Below are positions 46,527-56,264 of a stretch of 64,000 nt of DNA, one piece after another. The notes beneath the pieces are model-generated. The model was not told where the DNA came from. It did not search any database and saw nothing but the letters and a program-made list of their open reading frames with translations. The DNA is taken from assembly GCA_051867975.1 (NCBI GenBank), contig JBJDZM010000002.1, positions 3,307 to 67,306 on the forward strand. Reading direction: 5' to 3'. Source of the DNA: Eubacteriales bacterium. Its GTDB lineage: Bacteria > Bacillota > Clostridia > Oscillospirales > CAG-272. Made by a program: the position numbers and the translations under genes. Each line of letters begins with the position of its first letter. The first letter of the stretch is position 1.

Positions 46527-46757
46527 ATGTCGTTCAACATTCAGCTTAAAGAAATCAATGACATTTACAAACTCGTTAACATTCTTGTAGGATTTGAAGG
46601 CGAGGTCGACCTTGAGTCGGGCAGATACAAGGTAGACGGCAAGTCTATTCTCGGTATCTTCTCTCTTGACCTTCGTCAGCCGATAAAGCTCACATACAAC
46701 CATGAGACCGGAGCCGAAAAGCTCCGTGAGCAGCTCGCTCCGTTTATTGTAGAATAA
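46527..46757 (+). CDS. HPr-fold protein lacking the catalytic His15
   Basis: 76 aa. VDGKSILGIFSLD matches the HPr Ser46 region. The His15 region (GIHARPA) is replaced by INDIYKLVN. Confidence 0.45.
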   Translation: MSFNIQLKEINDIYKLVNILVGFEGEVDLESGRYKVDGKSILGIFSLDLRQPIKLTYNHETGAEKLREQLAPFIVE

Positions 46758-46868
46758 AAGCACAAAGGGCGGTCTTCCGCCCTTTTAAAATATGAGAACA
46801 AAAATATATTTTGCCGCCTCAAGATGCACGGCTTTATGCAGAGACCAAGCGGCAGAATGGAGTTATAA

Positions 46869-48260
46869 ATGAATCTCCTTGACACGATCGCCGCCATAAG
46901 TACGCCTTACGGTAAGGGCGGTATTGCAGTGATAAGAATTTCAGGCTCGGATGCCGTCTCGATTGCCGAAAAAGTCTTTATCCCAAAAAATAAAAATCCG
47001 CTTTCATCCTTTGAGAGCAACCACGCTGTATACGGCTCGATTCTCTCAAATAAGAACGGTAAAAAAACTGAAATTGATGACGGTATAGCCGTAGTATTTC
47101 GCGCGCCTGCATCGTTTACGGGTGAGGATACGGTTGAGATATCCTGCCACGGCGGAGTCCTCCTTACGCAAAGGGTGCTTGAAGCCGTGCTTGCCTCCGG
47201 TGCGAGAGCGGCGACCGCCGGCGAGTTTACCCGACGCGCCTTCATAAACGGCAAAATGACGCTCACAAGTGCCGAATCTCTCGGAGAATTGCTCTCCGCT
47301 TCGACCGATGAGCAGATAAGTCTTGCGCGCTCGGGACTCTCGGGAAGACTGTCAAGCGAAATATCTCTGATCTACAATTCGCTTTGTGACATTTTGGCGG
47401 CAATATACGCACACATCGACTACCCCGACGAGGATCTTGCCGACATCAGCCGCGACGAAATGCTTAAGGTTGCGGAAAAAAATCTTTCAAAACTTCGTCA
47501 CCTCGCCGCGACCTATACAACGGGACATGCCGTCGGAGAAGGAATTGCCACGGCAATTGTCGGCAGGACAAACGCAGGAAAGAGTACGCTTTATAACCTG
47601 ATAGTCGGCAGAGATGCCGCTATCGTGACAGATATTGAAGGCACTACCCGTGATATTTTGACCGAGTCGGCAAAACTCGGCAAGGTAACCTTGCGCCTGT
47701 CCGACACCGCAGGTATTCGCTGCACCTCGGACAAGGTCGAATCTATCGGAATTGAGCGCGCGAGGCGCGAAGCGGAGTCCGCCGAGCTGATTTTAGCCGT
47801 ATTTGACGGCAGCCGAGCGCCCGACAGTGATGATGTCGACTTCTGCAACTACCTCGAAACACTCAGCGGAATTAAAATCGCTATAATCAACAAGAGCGAC
47901 CTCAAAACAGTACCCGAAATGCAGAGATTAGTCGAAAAATTCGACTTGTCTATTCCCTTCTCCGCCGAAACAGGCAAAGGCTTTGATGTCCTCTCTTCTG
48001 CGGTCGAAAAAATATACATCGACAACGACCTCGATATGGGGCAGAGCGCAATCATCGCAAATGCCCGTCAAAACGCGGCAATCATTCGCACTATCGATAC
48101 CCTTTCGGACGCAATTTTCTCTATCCGCCAAGAACTTCCCCTTGAGGTCTGCTGCGTTGAGGTCGAAAACGCCCTCTCCGCACTCGGCGAGCTTGACGGA
48201 AGAACCGTTTCCGATGACATTATCTCAAAAATTTTCGCAAATTTCTGCGTTGGAAAATAG
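46869..48260 (+). CDS. mnmE: tRNA modification GTPase MnmE
   Basis: DTIAAISTP.GKGGIAVIRISG, G-domain motifs GRTNAGKSTL and DTAGIR, C-terminal FCVGK. Confidence 0.95.
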   Translation: MNLLDTIAAISTPYGKGGIAVIRISGSDAVSIAEKVFIPKNKNPLSSFESNHAVYGSILSNKNGKKTEIDDGIAVVFRAPASFTGEDTVEISCHGGVLLTQRVLEAVLASGARAATAGEFTRRAFINGKMTLTSAESLGELLSASTDEQISLARSGLSGRLSSEISLIYNSLCDILAAIYAHIDYPDEDLADISRDEMLKVAEKNLSKLRHLAATYTTGHAVGEGIATAIVGRTNAGKSTLYNLIVGRDAAIVTDIEGTTRDILTESAKLGKVTLRLSDTAGIRCTSDKVESIGIERARREAESAELILAVFDGSRAPDSDDVDFCNYLETLSGIKIAIINKSDLKTVPEMQRLVEKFDLSIPFSAETGKGFDVLSSAVEKIYIDNDLDMGQSAIIANARQNAAIIRTIDTLSDAIFSIRQELPLEVCCVEVENALSALGELDGRTVSDDIISKIFANFCVGK

Positions 48261-48280
48261 ATAGATTGCGCTATGGATTT

Positions 48281-48590
48281 AGGGAAACCCTTTTTAGAAA
48301 AAAGGGTTTTCCCTATAACCCTTCCCAAAAACTTTTAATATGGGTTTCTAACTAAGGTGAAGTAGACGCAATATGCACCGTGAGGATAAACTGAATCAAA
48401 ATCAATTTGGTGCAAACCGCTCCCTGCAAGCAGGGAGTCCGAGTCACATTTCAAATTCAACCTACTGAGATATTGCGTATTGGAACAGTATTAAACCCAG
48501 CCGAGAAAGAAAAATTCAAGTCGAAGTAATCTTAAGTTGAAAATTGAGTTTGCTGAGAAGGTTTGTGTTAGAACTTTGTTTAACCCATCC
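48281..48590 (+). repeat. Long copy 2 of the structured intergenic element (fills the mnmE-ymdB spacer)
   Basis: Head palindrome AGGGAAACCCTTTTTAGAAAAAAGGGTTTTCCCT plus AAAAACTTTTAATA. Core TCAATTTGGTGCAAACCGCTCCCTGCAAGCAGGGAGTCCGAGTC (48402-48445). Collinear with the reverse complement of 11413-11813. Confidence 0.7.
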
Positions 48591-48601
48591 GAGGAGGAAC
48601 A

Positions 48602-49369
48602 ATGAAAATACTTGCAATTGGCGACATTGTGGGAACACGCGCCATTAAATATTTAAGAGAAAAGCTCTGGAAGCTTCGAGATGAGAAAAAGATTGACTTT
48701 GTAATTGCAAACGGGGAAAATGCGACCGAAATACACGGGCTATCCGCCGCCGACGCGCAGGCTATCCTCGACTGTGGCGTGGATTTTATAACGCTCGGAA
48801 ATCACACGTGGAATAAACGTGATATATACGCCTTTTTGGACTTAAACGGCGAGTGCATAATCCGCCCTGCAAACTACCCCGGCAGTGCTCCGGGCTACGG
48901 CTATTCAATAGTGGATATACAAGGCTACCGCACGCTTATTATGAATGTCCTCGGTCAGGTGTTTTTGGAGCCGGTCGGGGATCCGTTTGAAGCGGTTGAG
49001 TACATTTTGGCGCGTGAAGAAGGCAATTTTGACCTCTCAATACTTGATATTCACGCCGAGGCAACGAGCGAAAAATATGCAGTAGCGCATGTTTTCGACG
49101 GCAAAATCAACATGATCTTCGGCACTCACACCCATGTCCCGACTGCCGACACACAAATACTTCCGGGCGGCACTGCATACGTCACCGACCTCGGGATGAC
49201 GGGACCTCGAAACGGCGTACTCGGGGTCGATGCAGAAGCAACGATAACCAAAATGAGAATGCATATGCCCACCCGTTTCACGGTCGCGGACGGAGAAATC
49301 AGCGCCGACGCGATAATATTTGAGCTTGACGGCGACAAGGTGACAAGAATTGAAAGGATCGTTTTCTGA
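48602..49369 (+). CDS. ymdB: TIGR00282-type metallophosphoesterase (YmdB family)
   Basis: MKILAIGDIVG, NGENAT, GNHTWN, HAEATSEK and GTHTHV motifs. GAGGAGG RBS. Confidence 0.9.
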   Translation: MKILAIGDIVGTRAIKYLREKLWKLRDEKKIDFVIANGENATEIHGLSAADAQAILDCGVDFITLGNHTWNKRDIYAFLDLNGECIIRPANYPGSAPGYGYSIVDIQGYRTLIMNVLGQVFLEPVGDPFEAVEYILAREEGNFDLSILDIHAEATSEKYAVAHVFDGKINMIFGTHTHVPTADTQILPGGTAYVTDLGMTGPRNGVLGVDAEATITKMRMHMPTRFTVADGEISADAIIFELDGDKVTRIERIVF

Positions 49370-49380
49370 TAAGGATTTTT

Positions 49381-49908
49381 ATGGAGATTAGAAGAACAAA
49401 ATGCGAGGATTTGTCTGCGCTCATGCAAATTTTTGACGAGGCGCGGGGAACGATCGCTTCTCTCGGCATCGACCAGTGGCAAGACGGTTATCCTACGCGC
49501 GACATAATAGAAGAAGACGTAAAAAAAGCGCAGTCATACTGCGTTTTGTGTGAGTCGGACGACGGAGGCTGTGAGATCGTCGGAACGTTTGCGCTCATTG
49601 ACTACGGAGAGCCGACGTACGATAAAATTTTTGACGGCAAGTGGCTCACAGGTGACCTTAGCGACGGCTATTTCGCCATTCACCGTGTCGCGATATCGGT
49701 CAAAAACCGAGGAAGCGGAATTTCGACGCAAATAATTGATTTTTGCGCTGAGCAGGCAAGAAACGCAGGAAAAATCTCGCTTAGAATCGACACCCACCGA
49801 GGAAATCTTGTCATGCGCCGTATGCTCGAAAAACACGGTTTTGTCCACTGCGGGACCATATATCTTTCAGACGGAGCAGAGCGAGTCGCGTACGAAAAGA
49901 TGCTCTGA
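49381..49908 (+). CDS. GNAT family N-acetyltransferase
   Basis: Acetyl-CoA binding motif VAISVKNRGSGISTQI and typical length. Confidence 0.8.
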   Translation: MEIRRTKCEDLSALMQIFDEARGTIASLGIDQWQDGYPTRDIIEEDVKKAQSYCVLCESDDGGCEIVGTFALIDYGEPTYDKIFDGKWLTGDLSDGYFAIHRVAISVKNRGSGISTQIIDFCAEQARNAGKISLRIDTHRGNLVMRRMLEKHGFVHCGTIYLSDGAERVAYEKML

Positions 49909-50260
49909 TAATATTATTCTGAGAAGGGGCTGTTGCAAAACTCGCATAATGCACAAAAAACAAGGTTTCTCAACCGGAAAAAGCCTTGTTTTCTGTTTGT
50001 TTGATAAGGTATAATATTTTTCGCAAATTCAAAAAAGTTCGGGAAAAATTATTGACAGTACCTATAAAGCAATATTCGTATTTACCAAGCCTGAATGGTT
50101 ATTATAGACCACTCTGCATAATTCTCAAACCATAACGTACATCCGGTTCCTTTACCTACCCACGATCCCCCAACTAAACGAATCGCTTCTCTGTTCTTAG
50201 TCTCAGGTGATTCACACAACAATAGATTATTATTTCATAAGTAATAACAGAAAGTATGCA

Positions 50261-51583
50261 TCACTTGAGTTTAATAAAATCTTCTCTGCTGTAGAAATCT
50301 TCAATCACCTTACATATCGCATTCGAAATCTCTCGATTTATAGAACCTCTGTCTTTGCCCGTTTCGATTGCCTTCAAGAATGCCACAAGCTCATATCTGA
50401 TTCCTTCGCCGTCTAATTGATAGAAATATCTCTTATTCTCACTTTGATTCTCATATCGAATCTCGAAATATTCAGTTTTCCACCACGGAGCCGGAATGTA
50501 AATGTAACCTTTTGTTCCCGAAACAATCAGGTCTCCCTCTGATTTGACACCTTTACCGACTTTAACTGTCGCCACTGCATCTTCATATACGAAATCAATT
50601 TTTGTAAAAATGTCAAATGTTTCATTCAACATTTTTGATACTATTCTTTTTTCTTTATATTCTGTACCCAATAACTGAAAAATCGGAAGCATTACCGTTG
50701 GACCCCAAGCATTGATACTGTTCCAGGTATTGTCTATTTTGTTTTCTTCAATAAGTTCTATATCTCTAAGGCTTGTTGCTGTAGCATCTATGGAAACAAT
50801 TTTCCCGATTTTCCCGCCTTTTGCCAAGAGCAACATTCTTGAATATGCCGTTGAGTAGGCAGTTTTAATGGAATCCATTAAAATACAATTCTTTTGTTCT
50901 GCGAATTCATGTAATTCTTTGCTTTGCTCATTTGTTAATGCAACAGGAGCTTCACAAAGAACATGTTTGCCGCATTCAATAGCTTTTTTTATCTGTTCAT
51001 AGTGTAAACGAGGCTGAGAAAAAATGTATATAGCATCAACGCAAGAAAGCAGTTCTTCATATGAGGCGACTCTTCTTATTCCGATTTCTCTGTCACTATC
51101 GGTATAAATAGCTTCTGCAGCTAAACCGTTAACTAAACGCGACTCGTTTAAAAATTTATCTATTACAATTGATTCTCCAACAAATCCAAGTTTTACCTGT
51201 CTCTTCTCAGCTCTGATTTCGGAACTTGAAACTCCTTGTGTTCTGTCAAGATATACAACTTTGCAGTACTCATTCAGATAATCAAACTGACCAACCCAGT
51301 CAGACCCTACAGTAAAAATGTCTACATCGAGTCTTCGGATGTCATCAATTTTCTGCCCTTCATACTCTTCGATAATAATTTCATCAGCTATACCGGTAGC
51401 TCTGACCGCTTCAACACGCTCCATTAGTGACTGCTGCACATTAATCTTGCCGCGAGTCTTGTCAAAATCATCGGCAGTAACTCCGACAATTAAGTAATCT
51501 CCCAGCTCTTTCGCTCTCTCTAAAAGTCTGATATGACCATAGTGGAGCAAATCAAAAGTACCGTATGTAATTACTTTTGTCAT
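50261..51583 (-). CDS. Bifunctional TagD-like cytidylyltransferase / Gfo-Idh-MocA family oxidoreductase
   Basis: Preferred start MTKVITYGTFDLLHYGHIRLLERAKELGDYLIVGV follows GGAGGA. The N-domain is close to my memory of B. subtilis TagD, including RTQGVSSSEIR. The C-terminal ~310 aa carry the Rossmann start KLGFVG and the Gfo/Idh/MocA pattern (HVLCEAPVAL). Confidence 0.8.
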   Translation of the reverse strand: MTKVITYGTFDLLHYGHIRLLERAKELGDYLIVGVTADDFDKTRGKINVQQSLMERVEAVRATGIADEIIIEEYEGQKIDDIRRLDVDIFTVGSDWVGQFDYLNEYCKVVYLDRTQGVSSSEIRAEKRQVKLGFVGESIVIDKFLNESRLVNGLAAEAIYTDSDREIGIRRVASYEELLSCVDAIYIFSQPRLHYEQIKKAIECGKHVLCEAPVALTNEQSKELHEFAEQKNCILMDSIKTAYSTAYSRMLLLAKGGKIGKIVSIDATATSLRDIELIEENKIDNTWNSINAWGPTVMLPIFQLLGTEYKEKRIVSKMLNETFDIFTKIDFVYEDAVATVKVGKGVKSEGDLIVSGTKGYIYIPAPWWKTEYFEIRYENQSENKRYFYQLDGEGIRYELVAFLKAIETGKDRGSINREISNAICKVIEDFYSREDFIKLK

Positions 51584-51598
51584 ACCGACATCCTCCAA

Positions 51599-52672
51599 TT
51601 ACAAAAGATTCCTCTTTTGCATATCTTTTAAAGCATCGATAAGTGATGTATTATCTTCGTGTGTTAATGCGCCTATATGCCCAACTCTGAAAATAGTATC
51701 CTTCATATCCCCACCATTAGGACAAATCCAGATTCCATACTCGTCTTTTAATGTCAAGAAAACATCATAAGCATTAGCTGTTGTCGGATGGACAGATGTT
51801 ACTCCGTTGGCAGGGCTTTCCGAAACAAGCTCAAACGGGAGTTCCTTTATTTTTGCTCGAAAATCTTCCGCCTGTGCTGCAACACGTGCAACCTCAGCAT
51901 CAGCTCCCCCGTTTCTTTCAATCTCTTTGAGCCTTTCGTTTATCTGCAAAAGGATACCCACCGCAGGTGTAAAAGGAGTCTGACCTCTCTCTTGGTCTTT
52001 AAGTGCGTCTTTCAAATTGAAATACATACTTCTGACATTTGATGACTCAATTCTTTCAAGTCCATTTGGCGAGAGAACAATAATTGAAATACCGGGAGGG
52101 CATGCCAGAACCTTTTGAGATCCTGTAATCATTACATCTGCTCCGCACTCTGCCATATTAAAGGGGTCAGCCAAAAATGCAGATACGCAATCACAGACAA
52201 AGAACATGTTATTCTTTTTACAGAAGTCACCAATCATCATCGTGTCATAGAGAACAGCCGTTGACGTCTCATCAACATTGACAAGCAGTCCTGTAAATCC
52301 TTGATTGTCGTATTCGTATAATCTTTCCTTAGTGAGTTTTTTTCCGTGTTCCAGCTTCAAGACAACATGAGGGATCTCGTGTATCTCACAAAGCTCAACA
52401 AACCGCCGACCAAAACTACCGCCGTTGATTACAAGTACCTTATCGTCCTTTGAAAAACAGTTCATTACAACAGCTTCCATAGAGCCGGTGCTTGAGCATG
52501 TCATAAATACAGCTCTGGATCCTTCCGGTGCCTTTGAGTATTCAAGCATATATTTTTCGTTTTCAAGCATTACAGCAGAAAACTCAGCTGTTCTGAAATA
52601 TGGAACCTGTTCTGCTCCGATTGAACGAACTCCATCAGATGACATTACAGGACCAACAGTAAAATTAAGCAT
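51599..52672 (-). CDS. Class V (AGXT/serine-pyruvate type) pyridoxal-phosphate aminotransferase
   Basis: LNFTVGPV N-terminus and PLP-lysine motif [13 protein letters not shown]. 357 aa. Confidence 0.8.
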   Translation of the reverse strand: MLNFTVGPVMSSDGVRSIGAEQVPYFRTAEFSAVMLENEKYMLEYSKAPEGSRAVFMTCSSTGSMEAVVMNCFSKDDKVLVINGGSFGRRFVELCEIHEIPHVVLKLEHGKKLTKERLYEYDNQGFTGLLVNVDETSTAVLYDTMMIGDFCKKNNMFFVCDCVSAFLADPFNMAECGADVMITGSQKVLACPPGISIIVLSPNGLERIESSNVRSMYFNLKDALKDQERGQTPFTPAVGILLQINERLKEIERNGGADAEVARVAAQAEDFRAKIKELPFELVSESPANGVTSVHPTTANAYDVFLTLKDEYGIWICPNGGDMKDTIFRVGHIGALTHEDNTSLIDALKDMQKRNLL

Positions 52673-52685
52673 AGCATTCTTCTCC

Positions 52686-53471
52686 TTAATTTATCTCAGG
52701 CAATTGATAACTTTGATCATCATATGTGATGGTCGCAGCACCCCCGGAAATATAAACCAAGTCACCAACAATCATTCTTCCGCTAGTACCAACTAGTTGA
52801 ATTGCGAGACTGGCAACCTCTTCAGCTGTACAATACCGTTTTGAAGGGTTCTTTTCGTTATACAAGTCACTTCCATCTTTACCTAACATCTCCGTAGCTG
52901 TCGGTCCAGGCGCAATACCATTTACAACTATATCATATGGAATTAAAGCCTTTGCCAATCCACTGGTAAGCCCCCTAATGGCCCATTTGGACAGCATATA
53001 TGGATTAATTGCGGGTCTTGCTGAAGATGTGCTACCAACCATTAGGATATTGCCTTTTATTTCATTACGTATCATGTATTTAGAAAACAACTGCGACAGA
53101 AAAAAAACAGCTTTAATATTGGTGTTCATTACTCTATCAAACTCATCTTCCGTTATAACCGGAAATAATTGCTGGCACATCACACCGGCATTATTAACCA
53201 AAATGTCAATTTTGAAAGGAAGATTTGCTAAATACCCATCCATAACATTTAACATGCTCTCGGTATCCGAAATATCTAAGCTTAATGTCCTAATCTTTTC
53301 GTCATACTGGAGACCTAAACTTGCCTTGGCTCTTAGCAGCTTCTCACCATTTCTCCCTATCAGTACAACATTATCTATATTCCCAACTAATAGTTGTTTT
53401 GCTATTTCAAACCCGATTCCACTTCCACCACCGGTGATTATTGCATTTCTTCCTTTAAAATCGTTGACCAT
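52686..53471 (-). CDS. SDR family oxidoreductase
   Basis: Cofactor motif [13 protein letters not shown], and catalytic YMLSK (YxxxK). Confidence 0.85.
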   Translation of the reverse strand: MVNDFKGRNAIITGGGSGIGFEIAKQLLVGNIDNVVLIGRNGEKLLRAKASLGLQYDEKIRTLSLDISDTESMLNVMDGYLANLPFKIDILVNNAGVMCQQLFPVITEDEFDRVMNTNIKAVFFLSQLFSKYMIRNEIKGNILMVGSTSSARPAINPYMLSKWAIRGLTSGLAKALIPYDIVVNGIAPGPTATEMLGKDGSDLYNEKNPSKRYCTAEEVASLAIQLVGTSGRMIVGDLVYISGGAATITYDDQSYQLPEIN

Positions 53472-55138
53472 TATAAATCACCCAACTGTTCTTCCAATTT
53501 TCGGTATACATTTAGCGTTACCTGACCATCAGATACAGTTTCTGTAAAGGCCTCTAAGACAATTGGCTTATCGCTAGTACCCACGAACGTCTTTAATTTG
53601 TCATCCAGTTCATCTTCAGCCCGCACTGAAAGGTACTTAAATCCCGCCGATATTGCCCAACCTTCCGCATTTATGGTATGTTTCGCTCCAATATGTAAAT
53701 CTATTGTCTTATTTTTGCTTGCTCCCGGTGAAATATAGAACTCACCACCGCCGAAGTTATTAACGACTAAAATCCTCACATTATTCTTTATATGCCTGAT
53801 TTGCAGAGCATTCATTGCATAGAAAAAACTTAGGTCGCCAACAACGATAAAAGATAAATCATCCGTACAGTATGCCTGTCCTAAAAATGTTGGTAAGTTT
53901 CCATCAATACCAAATGTATTTACGTTTGAATATACTCTAACCGATTCGTCGATTTCAAAAAACTGAGCAAGTCTAGTGGCATTTAAAATGCTTAGATGTA
54001 GTAGAGAGTTATTAGGTATTATTCTCAGAAAACTACCTATTACAGAGAAATTTGAGTATGGCAATTCAGGTAATACAGCATGCTCGTCCAGTTTCTTCCA
54101 CTTCTCATAGTACTTGGTGTCGTAAGCATCAACTTTGCTCATTATCTGATTGCAGAGGTCAGTAACCCTTGTATGTATGATTTTAGTTTGAGATTTAAAG
54201 CAATCTCTAATAACACCGTCTTCGCACACAGCCCAATGCTCAAACAATCTTGCATTTGCTTTTAGTAAATCTTTTGTTCTTTCCTGAAAATTCAGGCCAC
54301 AAGTAATTACAATATCAGGCAAGTATTTCTGAATTGTTTTTGAATTCAGCCCCTTAATCACTCTGGAAGCATTGATGTTCTTGCTTGATTTAAAATTCGA
54401 TAAAGAATCTGTAAGAACCGGTATATTATACTTTTCAACGAACTCTCTAATAATACTCTTTTCATCGTCACTCAGTACAATGTCTTGGCCAAACACAAAC
54501 AAGATATTTTTGCCTTTGAATGAGGCATATATATCCTCAAAGTCTGAGCGAATATCATAGTAATCAATAAATTTGATATCATTGATTCCGTACTTGTGCT
54601 GTCCATCTTCCATCATGTCATTTGCATCACCGATAAGCGGAACATTAATATGAATAGGACCTCCGCCATTGTTCTTTAATGCAATAAAGGCCTCATTTAG
54701 AATTCGCTGGCAATACCATACATCCTCTTCATCCTTGATTACAGGCAGATTTATATTCTTCTTAGTAATGGAATCAAACAATGACATTTGATCAATTTTT
54801 TGTGTTTCTAACTGGTTTAACACATACGGAGAACGATCAAACGTAATAACCACCAATGGTACATTGGAATAGAATGCCTCCGAAACACCACTGACATAAT
54901 TAGAAACCGCTGTTCCGCTTGTACATGCTATGGCAACAAGTTCTTTGCTCTCTTGTGCAAGCCCCATTCCAAAGAACGCCGCGTTTCTTTCATCGACTAC
55001 CGAGAAACATTCAAAATCTTCATCGACTTCAACAGCGGAGATAAACGGAATATTTCTTGAACCGGAAGACAGTACGATTTTCTTTATTCCATGCCTTTTC
55101 AAAAAAGCCACTAATATTTTGTTATTTATGTATTCCAT
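53471..55138 (-). CDS. Three-domain thiamine-diphosphate enzyme, MenD-like
   Basis: N-domain SSGSRNIPF...VDERNAAFFGMGLAQ...ACTSGTAVSNY...VVITFDRSPY. ThDP motif GDLSFFYAMNAL...ILVVNNFGGGEF. Both resemble my memory of MenD more than IlvB or phosphonopyruvate decarboxylase. TAATG overlap with the SDR gene. Confidence 0.7.
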   Translation of the reverse strand: MEYINNKILVAFLKRHGIKKIVLSSGSRNIPFISAVEVDEDFECFSVVDERNAAFFGMGLAQESKELVAIACTSGTAVSNYVSGVSEAFYSNVPLVVITFDRSPYVLNQLETQKIDQMSLFDSITKKNINLPVIKDEEDVWYCQRILNEAFIALKNNGGGPIHINVPLIGDANDMMEDGQHKYGINDIKFIDYYDIRSDFEDIYASFKGKNILFVFGQDIVLSDDEKSIIREFVEKYNIPVLTDSLSNFKSSKNINASRVIKGLNSKTIQKYLPDIVITCGLNFQERTKDLLKANARLFEHWAVCEDGVIRDCFKSQTKIIHTRVTDLCNQIMSKVDAYDTKYYEKWKKLDEHAVLPELPYSNFSVIGSFLRIIPNNSLLHLSILNATRLAQFFEIDESVRVYSNVNTFGIDGNLPTFLGQAYCTDDLSFIVVGDLSFFYAMNALQIRHIKNNVRILVVNNFGGGEFYISPGASKNKTIDLHIGAKHTINAEGWAISAGFKYLSVRAEDELDDKLKTFVGTSDKPIVLEAFTETVSDGQVTLNVYRKLEEQLGDL

Positions 55139-56264
55139 GTTTGTCCCCTTTACCTTCCAATAACTTAAGTTCTCTATTTAGATATTCAATGGATTCTGTT
55201 CTTGCCTTTGATATCCTTTCATGCACCAAGTCATAATTGATTTCATGATTAAATTCTTCTTTTCCGGTAACGAGCATATGGTCAGACAAACCGAAAAGTT
55301 GCAGAATCTCGTCAATCTTTGTATTACACTGTTCCCTGGAGAAGATCACAAATGGTCTTCTATACTGAACAGCGAAAATCATTCCGTGAAATGAATTCGT
55401 GACAACATACTCTGCGTGCTTAACAAGTGACAGAAATTCCTCTACTCCTGCCTGATAGAACATTCTATGACCTTTTTCGGCATTTGTTGCCCTTAAACTA
55501 ATCTCAACAATTTTCCAACCATTTTTCTTTGCCAGCCCCTCTGCATACTGTTCCATAACCGGAGAATATCTTCTGGAGTAATAAAGCAAATATTTGTCCT
55601 CTTCCAATCTTTCCCCAACAGCAATCTCATCATATTTTTCAGATGTATGGAGAAGTGTTGGATCTACTACCTTTTGTACGGGAACATCCACGTGTTCCGT
55701 TACATAAGGAACCATATGGTTCTCACGCAGTCCAAACGCCTTGAAGTTCTTAAGTCTTTCATTCAAGATTCGACAATTCTCTTCTGATAAGGTTGGATCA
55801 CCAAAGCTCGCAGCATACGCTACGGAGTTTCCTTTCATACAATCATAATTTGCATAGAAGCCATCGTCAAATCCGAATTCATCCATACAAAAGATTGTAT
55901 CACTTCCGCAAACAAATCCATCCAAGCGTTCATCCGTAACTACATCATTGAAATTCACAGAAGTATATTTGCGCGGTGTTCTTTTGAATCTTTCTGAGTA
56001 GAATTTATCAAACTTACAATAATTCTCTCGGATTGCAGGCATAGTAAGCTCGCACATTCTCTTTGATTCTGCATCCTTATCCCACATATTCTTGAACGGA
56101 TTAAGAGGGTCTTTATCAGCTAAAACATCCGGGCAATAATCCACAAGCACAGGCTGATACCCAAGCGAGGAAATTGCTTGATGTAATGCCCAAGATTGTA
56201 ACGCAGACCCATAATTTGTAAAGTTACCGTATATATTGTATGAAATAACACCTAAATTTTTCAT
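55122..56264 (-). CDS. Polysaccharide pyruvyl transferase family protein
   Basis: N-terminus NLGVISYNIYGNFTNYGSALQSWAL and C-terminal VVTNSFHGMIFA, typical of the CsaB/WcaK-type family. Confidence 0.75.
   Translation of the reverse strand: MKNLGVISYNIYGNFTNYGSALQSWALHQAISSLGYQPVLVDYCPDVLADKDPLNPFKNMWDKDAESKRMCELTMPAIRENYCKFDKFYSERFKRTPRKYTSVNFNDVVTDERLDGFVCGSDTIFCMDEFGFDDGFYANYDCMKGNSVAYAASFGDPTLSEENCRILNERLKNFKAFGLRENHMVPYVTEHVDVPVQKVVDPTLLHTSEKYDEIAVGERLEEDKYLLYYSRRYSPVMEQYAEGLAKKNGWKIVEISLRATNAEKGHRMFYQAGVEEFLSLVKHAEYVVTNSFHGMIFAVQYRRPFVIFSREQCNTKIDEILQLFGLSDHMLVTGKEEFNHEINYDLVHERISKARTESIEYLNRELKLLEGKGDKHGIHK

Noticed and set aside
50261-55138. Aminoethylphosphonate (phosphonate) decoration pathway
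   Set aside because: I considered this because of the aminotransferase, ThDP enzyme, cytidylyltransferase and LicD. No PEP mutase is encoded in the locus. The ThDP enzyme has three domains and is MenD-like. The aminotransferase has the AGXT-type GSQK motif rather than the PhnW-type motif. A mutase beyond the window cannot be excluded.
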